From an uncultured Verrucomicrobiae bacterium (GTDB lineage Bacteria; Verrucomicrobiota; Verrucomicrobiia; Limisphaerales; UBA11358), in NCBI GenBank assembly GCA_963827205.1, contig CAWHAH010000004.1, forward strand, positions 192,241 to 256,240: DNA of 64,000 bases. Reading direction: 5' to 3'. A model generated the notes under the pieces. That model did no database searches. It was not told the origin of the DNA and was given only the letters and a program-made list of their open reading frames with translations. The position numbers were made by a program, and so were the translations under genes. Shown piece after piece: positions 60,144-64,000 of this stretch (position 1 is the first letter of the stretch; every line of letters begins with the position of its first letter).

Positions 60144-61220
60144 TCATGGCCGGATGTTGCCCGGTGATCCACCGGCGGACAAATGAGAAATACCGGAATC
60201 GTCACGCGCAAACCGCGCCCCCATCGCCTGCTGATTGGAGCCCACCAGACTGACGTTGGCAGCCGCAAATCGTCCACCGGCCACCGCATCACACGCCGCC
60301 ACACATTGCCAGGCGGCGGTGGCCATCAATCCTTCGCCCAGGATCCGCTTGGGGCTGATACGCGGGCCGGTCCAATCACGCCAAGCGGCCAGTTCCGGAG
60401 CATCCGCGCGCGGACTGCTCCCGACACCGTCGCAAAGCAATTCTTCCGGAGAACTTTGACCCAGTTGACCGCGCATGATACGGGCGGCTTGCGTCCGGTG
60501 GTTGCGAGGGGAGTAGGTGTGCGCATCGGTGATGGCGGCCAGTTCGACACCGGCCGACAGTTCCGGCTCGCGGCACAAACACAAGGCCCCGGCGCCACCG
60601 GTGATCACGGCCGGGCGTTCGAGATGCCAGAGTGCGTCCGCCAGAATCCAGTTCGTCTCTTCAGCGCCGATGACGAGGCATGCATCCACACGGTGCTCTT
60701 CCAGCCACTGGACGCCGACGGCTATGCCTTGCAGGAAGGAGGCCGGATCGCCCACCAGGGAACTGGCCAGGGAAACATTTTCCAGAACCGCGGCAACATG
60801 GCTGGCCGGGGCGGCGTAAACCGTTTCAGGGAATAGAAGCGGACTGGCGGTCGCCGGGTCCTTCAATATCTCGTCAAAAAACCGGCAGGAATAATTCACG
60901 CAACCCGATTGAAGACAGACCACCAGACCGAGGCGATGTTTTGAATCACGAATCGCGCGCAATCCGGCGGTGGCCTCGAGCGCGGTCGCCACAGCATAGT
61001 GCGTGATTGGACTTGTGCGTCGCAGACGCGGATGCGCCAGAAATTCCGGACGGACAGTGGGATTCGGCACCAGACGCGCCTGGAGTGGCCTCGCCCAACC
61101 CGGCCGTTCCATGGGTTGTGTCGGCAGTGGCTCGCCCTTGTCCAGCGCTTCACGCAGGGCAGCGACATTCCAGCCGGCGGGCGATACCGCGCCCAGTCCC
61201 GCTATGAAAACCCGGCTCAT
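60144..61220 (-). CDS. Beta-ketoacyl synthase-like protein lacking the active-site Cys (chain-length-factor-like)
   Basis: Thiolase-fold layout (VFIAGLGAVSPAGW...) but LVGDPASFLQG sits where KS enzymes have xACxSx. GAGGAGG lies 5 nt upstream of ATG 61220, which overlaps the fabF-like stop (ATGA). Confidence 0.85.
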   Translation of the reverse strand: MSRVFIAGLGAVSPAGWNVAALREALDKGEPLPTQPMERPGWARPLQARLVPNPTVRPEFLAHPRLRRTSPITHYAVATALEATAGLRAIRDSKHRLGLVVCLQSGCVNYSCRFFDEILKDPATASPLLFPETVYAAPASHVAAVLENVSLASSLVGDPASFLQGIAVGVQWLEEHRVDACLVIGAEETNWILADALWHLERPAVITGGAGALCLCREPELSAGVELAAITDAHTYSPRNHRTQAARIMRGQLGQSSPEELLCDGVGSSPRADAPELAAWRDWTGPRISPKRILGEGLMATAAWQCVAACDAVAGGRFAAANVSLVGSNQQAMGARFARDDSGISHLSAGGSPGNIRP

Positions 61221-62458
61221 GTCCACCTCCTCAAAATCAAGGTCGCATTGACGCCACCGAACCCGAACGAGTTGGATAGCGCGACATTCACGTGCGCATC
61301 CCGCGGTTTTTGCACGATGGGAAACTGGCAGGCGGGGTCGGGAGTTTCAAACAGTGTTTCCGGCGGCAGCCATTGTTCGCGCAGGGTCATCAGGCAAATC
61401 ACGGCTTCGACCGCGCCCGCGGCTCCGAGGAGATGCCCGATGCTGGCTTTGGTGGAACTGACCGGCAGGGTCGCGGCCCGGCGGCCAGCCCATTCGCTGA
61501 TGGCGAGTGCTTCTGAACTGTCATTGAGCACCGTGCCTGTGCCGTGCGCGTTGAGGTAATCAATTTCCTCGGGTGTGACGCCCGCGGTTGCGCAAGCCTG
61601 CTTCATGACCGTTAACGTCGTGCTGCCTTGCGGGTGAGGCTGGGTGAGATGGTGCTGGTCAATGGCCGTGCCGTAGCCGATGAGTTCTCCCAAGATGACC
61701 GCGCCCCGCCGGCGCGCACTTTCAAGAGTTTCAAGGGCAACAACTGCCGCGCCTTCTCCAAGCGCCAAACCATCGCGGCGGGCATCGAACGGACGGCAGA
61801 TGGCGGGCGAGAGCGCCTGTAAAGCGTCGAAACCTGAAAACACGAGTTCACTGAGCGCGTCATAACCGCCGGCCAGCGCGCGTTCAGCCTGGCCGTAACG
61901 AATCAACTCCCAGGCATGGCCGATGGCGTTGGCACCGGAAGCGCAAGCATTCGAGACAATGGTGATCGGTCCGTTGAAACCGAGAGCGTCAAGAACCATT
62001 CGTGCCTGGACTTGTGGCTGGTAATGAACGGCGCGCGTGGGTTGGCAACGATGGCGGTGCGGCATTTGCACCGCCTGACGGAAATACGCTTCGCCGAACG
62101 ACATGCCGCCAGCGGTCGTGCCCAAAATCAGCGGCAGGTTCTCTGCGGGTTCCCAACCGGATTGTTGCCAGGCTTCCTGGGTTGCCAGCAGCAGCAAAGA
62201 CGCGGCGCGTTCAAGTCTGGCAGTTTGTCTGGCGTTGAGACGGGTCGGTGGCAGGGTTGCCGGCAAATCAATTTCCGCCGCGCTCTTTGCCCGCTGACGG
62301 CTGACATCGAACAGCGACACGGGACGAAACGCCGTGCGCCCTGTCCGGAAACCTTCCGCGTTGGGTTTCCAGCCCAAACCGAGAGCTGTAATTATTCCGG
62401 CACCGGTGATAACCACCCGGGAAGGCGTTTGGGGCGGAGACGTTGTCGGGAAGAGCAT
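61217..62458 (-). CDS. fabF: Beta-ketoacyl-ACP synthase II-like
   Basis: IVSNACASGANAIGHAW (Cys), NAHGTGT and KASIGHLLGAAG (His/His), GFGGVNATLIL. Confidence 0.92.
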   Translation of the reverse strand: MLFPTTSPPQTPSRVVITGAGIITALGLGWKPNAEGFRTGRTAFRPVSLFDVSRQRAKSAAEIDLPATLPPTRLNARQTARLERAASLLLLATQEAWQQSGWEPAENLPLILGTTAGGMSFGEAYFRQAVQMPHRHRCQPTRAVHYQPQVQARMVLDALGFNGPITIVSNACASGANAIGHAWELIRYGQAERALAGGYDALSELVFSGFDALQALSPAICRPFDARRDGLALGEGAAVVALETLESARRRGAVILGELIGYGTAIDQHHLTQPHPQGSTTLTVMKQACATAGVTPEEIDYLNAHGTGTVLNDSSEALAISEWAGRRAATLPVSSTKASIGHLLGAAGAVEAVICLMTLREQWLPPETLFETPDPACQFPIVQKPRDAHVNVALSNSFGFGGVNATLILRRWT

Positions 62459-62682
62459 GACGGTTGAATGTCAGTAGGATTTAGCTGTGCGAGGGTGCAG
62501 GCCGGCGATGATACATTACTCGCCGGTCGAGTCTCGCGCTTACAGCATCGCTCGCATCGTTCAATTCGGTTTCAGAGTATAATCCCGTGGCGTCATCGGG
62601 CAACGGAAAATCCGCCCGCAATTCAGCCCGGCGGGCAAAGTTTTGCCTCGATTCCCGGAGGCATCCCACCCAAGCTGCGCTG

Positions 62683-63435
62683 ATGTTTGCAGCGAAAACC
62701 TGTGTGGCGGTGATCCCCTGTTTCAATGAAGGGGCAACGATCGCGCCCCTGGTCGCGGCCGTGCGCCGATATCTTCCGTCGGTGATGGTTGTGGACGATG
62801 GCTCGACCGATGACACACCGGTCCTGGCCAGGGACGCCGGCGCAATGGTGGTTGGTCACCGTCAAAATCGTGGCAAAGGCGCGGCGCTGCGGATCGGATT
62901 ATCCGAAGCGCGTAAGCTGGGATTTGAGCGCGTCGCGACCCTCGATGGCGACGGCCAGCATGCGCCGGAGGATTTGCCCGTCTTTCTGGATTGTGCTGAA
63001 CAAACCGGGGCGCGGCTGGTCATCGGCAACCGCATGCACAATGCGCGGGCCATTCCCTGGCTGCGCCGGCAGGTGAATGGGTGGATGAGCCGCAAACTGT
63101 CACGGCTGGCCGGCCGGCGCCTGCCTGACACGCAATGCGGTTTTCGACTCATCCATTTGGAAACTTGGTCGGCCCTGCTACTCAAAACGGAACACTTCGA
63201 GGTCGAATCCGAAATGTTGTTGGCCTTTCTTGAGGCGCGGTGCCAGGTTGAGTTTGTTCCAATCCAAGTCATCCGCAGCCGACGCCGAAGCCGCATCCGT
63301 CCGGTGACCGACTCGGTGCGCTGGTGGAAATGGTGGCAAGACCTGGACCGGTCCTTCGCGTCAAACGCTTGCCGGGAAAGACACCCGCACAGGCTCACTT
63401 GGTTGGATTCCAGACGTACTTTCCGCTCGCGTTAA
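62683..63435 (+). CDS. Glycosyltransferase family 2 (DPM1/ApeJ-like small GT-A)
   Basis: VAVIPCFNEGATIAPLVAAV...VMVVDDGSTDDT...LDGDGQH...QCGFRL. ATG 62683. Confidence 0.85.
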   Translation: MFAAKTCVAVIPCFNEGATIAPLVAAVRRYLPSVMVVDDGSTDDTPVLARDAGAMVVGHRQNRGKGAALRIGLSEARKLGFERVATLDGDGQHAPEDLPVFLDCAEQTGARLVIGNRMHNARAIPWLRRQVNGWMSRKLSRLAGRRLPDTQCGFRLIHLETWSALLLKTEHFEVESEMLLAFLEARCQVEFVPIQVIRSRRRSRIRPVTDSVRWWKWWQDLDRSFASNACRERHPHRLTWLDSRRTFRSR

Positions 63436-64000
63436 TGTATCCGAATCTACCGCCCGCCTTGACGCGCGCCAGTCCATTCACAAAGGGGTCGGCTTCGTCA
63501 AACTGCGGATTAATCACGAATTTCCCAGTGGGGTCAATGAATCCCCAGTGCTTCGCCTGACGGACCGGGGCCAGTCCCTCGGAAAACGCGGCGGCATCAT
63601 CAAATTGCGCATTAATCACAAATTTTTCGGTAGGATCAATGTAACCCCAATGTTTCCCCTGCCGGACCGGCGCCAGGCCGTTCACCAAGGTTCCCGCATC
63701 CTCGAACTGCGGATTGACGATGAGTTTCCCGGTTTTGTCAACGAAGCCCCATTTGCCGCCCGACCTGACCGCTGCCAGCCCCTCGGAAAACGGTTGCGCC
63801 CGTTCAAACTGCGGGTTGACCACAATCTTCCCGGTCTTATCAATGAACCCCCAACGGCCACCCAACCTCACGGGCGCAAGCCCGCCGACAAACGCGCCAG
63901 CGTCTTCAAACTGCGGATTGATGGCGTACTTGCCGTCCGTACTGATGTAGCCATAGCGACCGCCGCTGCCAAAGGGATGGTAAGGCCTGGGGTCGTAGGG
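63395..64000 (-). CDS. WG-repeat (KWG-type beta-propeller-like repeat) protein, N-terminus outside window
   Basis: At least 6 units of G.WG(F/Y)ID.TGK.VINPQF..A..F..GLA.V. The frame stays open to the window edge. Its 3' end overlaps the convergent GT2 gene by 41 nt. Confidence 0.85.
   Translation of the reverse strand, partial: PYDPRPYHPFGSGGRYGYISTDGKYAINPQFEDAGAFVGGLAPVRLGGRWGFIDKTGKIVVNPQFERAQPFSEGLAAVRSGGKWGFVDKTGKLIVNPQFEDAGTLVNGLAPVRQGKHWGYIDPTEKFVINAQFDDAAAFSEGLAPVRQAKHWGFIDPTGKFVINPQFDEADPFVNGLARVKAGGRFGYINASGKYVWNPTK

Overview
High-GC (~60%) chromosomal segment. It is probably from a PVC-superphylum bacterium (Verrucomicrobiota-like); this rests only on my recollection of its intergenic palindromes and is low confidence.

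Layout:
- 0-9.7 kb: housekeeping genes. MacAB-type efflux genes, trpD, a Sel1-repeat protein, proC, an IVS-type four-helix-bundle gene, rnc and an IscU-like gene.
- 9.8-45.5 kb: a very large envelope-glycan / LPS-core region. It holds 3 GT9 heptosyltransferase-like genes, an MsbA-like exporter, several GT4 and GT2 genes, two GT61/DUF563 paralogues (one decayed), a GT11-like fucosyltransferase, DegT, an HMGL-type aldolase, an epimerase, a GalU-like gene, a 1111-aa sugar-kinase/UDPGP-pyrophosphorylase fusion and an ATP-grasp gene. A B12-radical-SAM gene, a PIN/ParD toxin-antitoxin pair and dnaE interrupt it.
- 45.5-64 kb: mutL, tRNA-Asp, a large secreted glycoside hydrolase, a low-GC glucoamylase-like gene, and a type-II FAS/PKS-like lipid cluster. 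The cluster contains an ACP, KS plus Cys-less KS, KR, a B12-radical-SAM, a CrtI-like oxidoreductase, an AlkP-family protein and a GT2.

I saw no rRNA, CRISPR array, transposase or integrase.

Main observations:
1. A 31-bp stem fills the whole spacer upstream of rnc and covers its start codon.
2. GC-rich palindromic elements sit inside the dnaE and mutL reading frames. One of them coincides with a frameshift that splits dnaE.
3. At least nine apparent frameshifts occur. Most are at 3-5 nt homopolymers, which suggests base-calling error rather than gene decay.
4. One GT61 paralogue carries three frameshifts, two of which compensate each other.
5. The kinase-pyrophosphorylase fusion has an unusual domain order.
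6. The lipid cluster is orphan: I cannot assign it to a known pathway.

All family assignments are motif recognition by eye; no searches were run.
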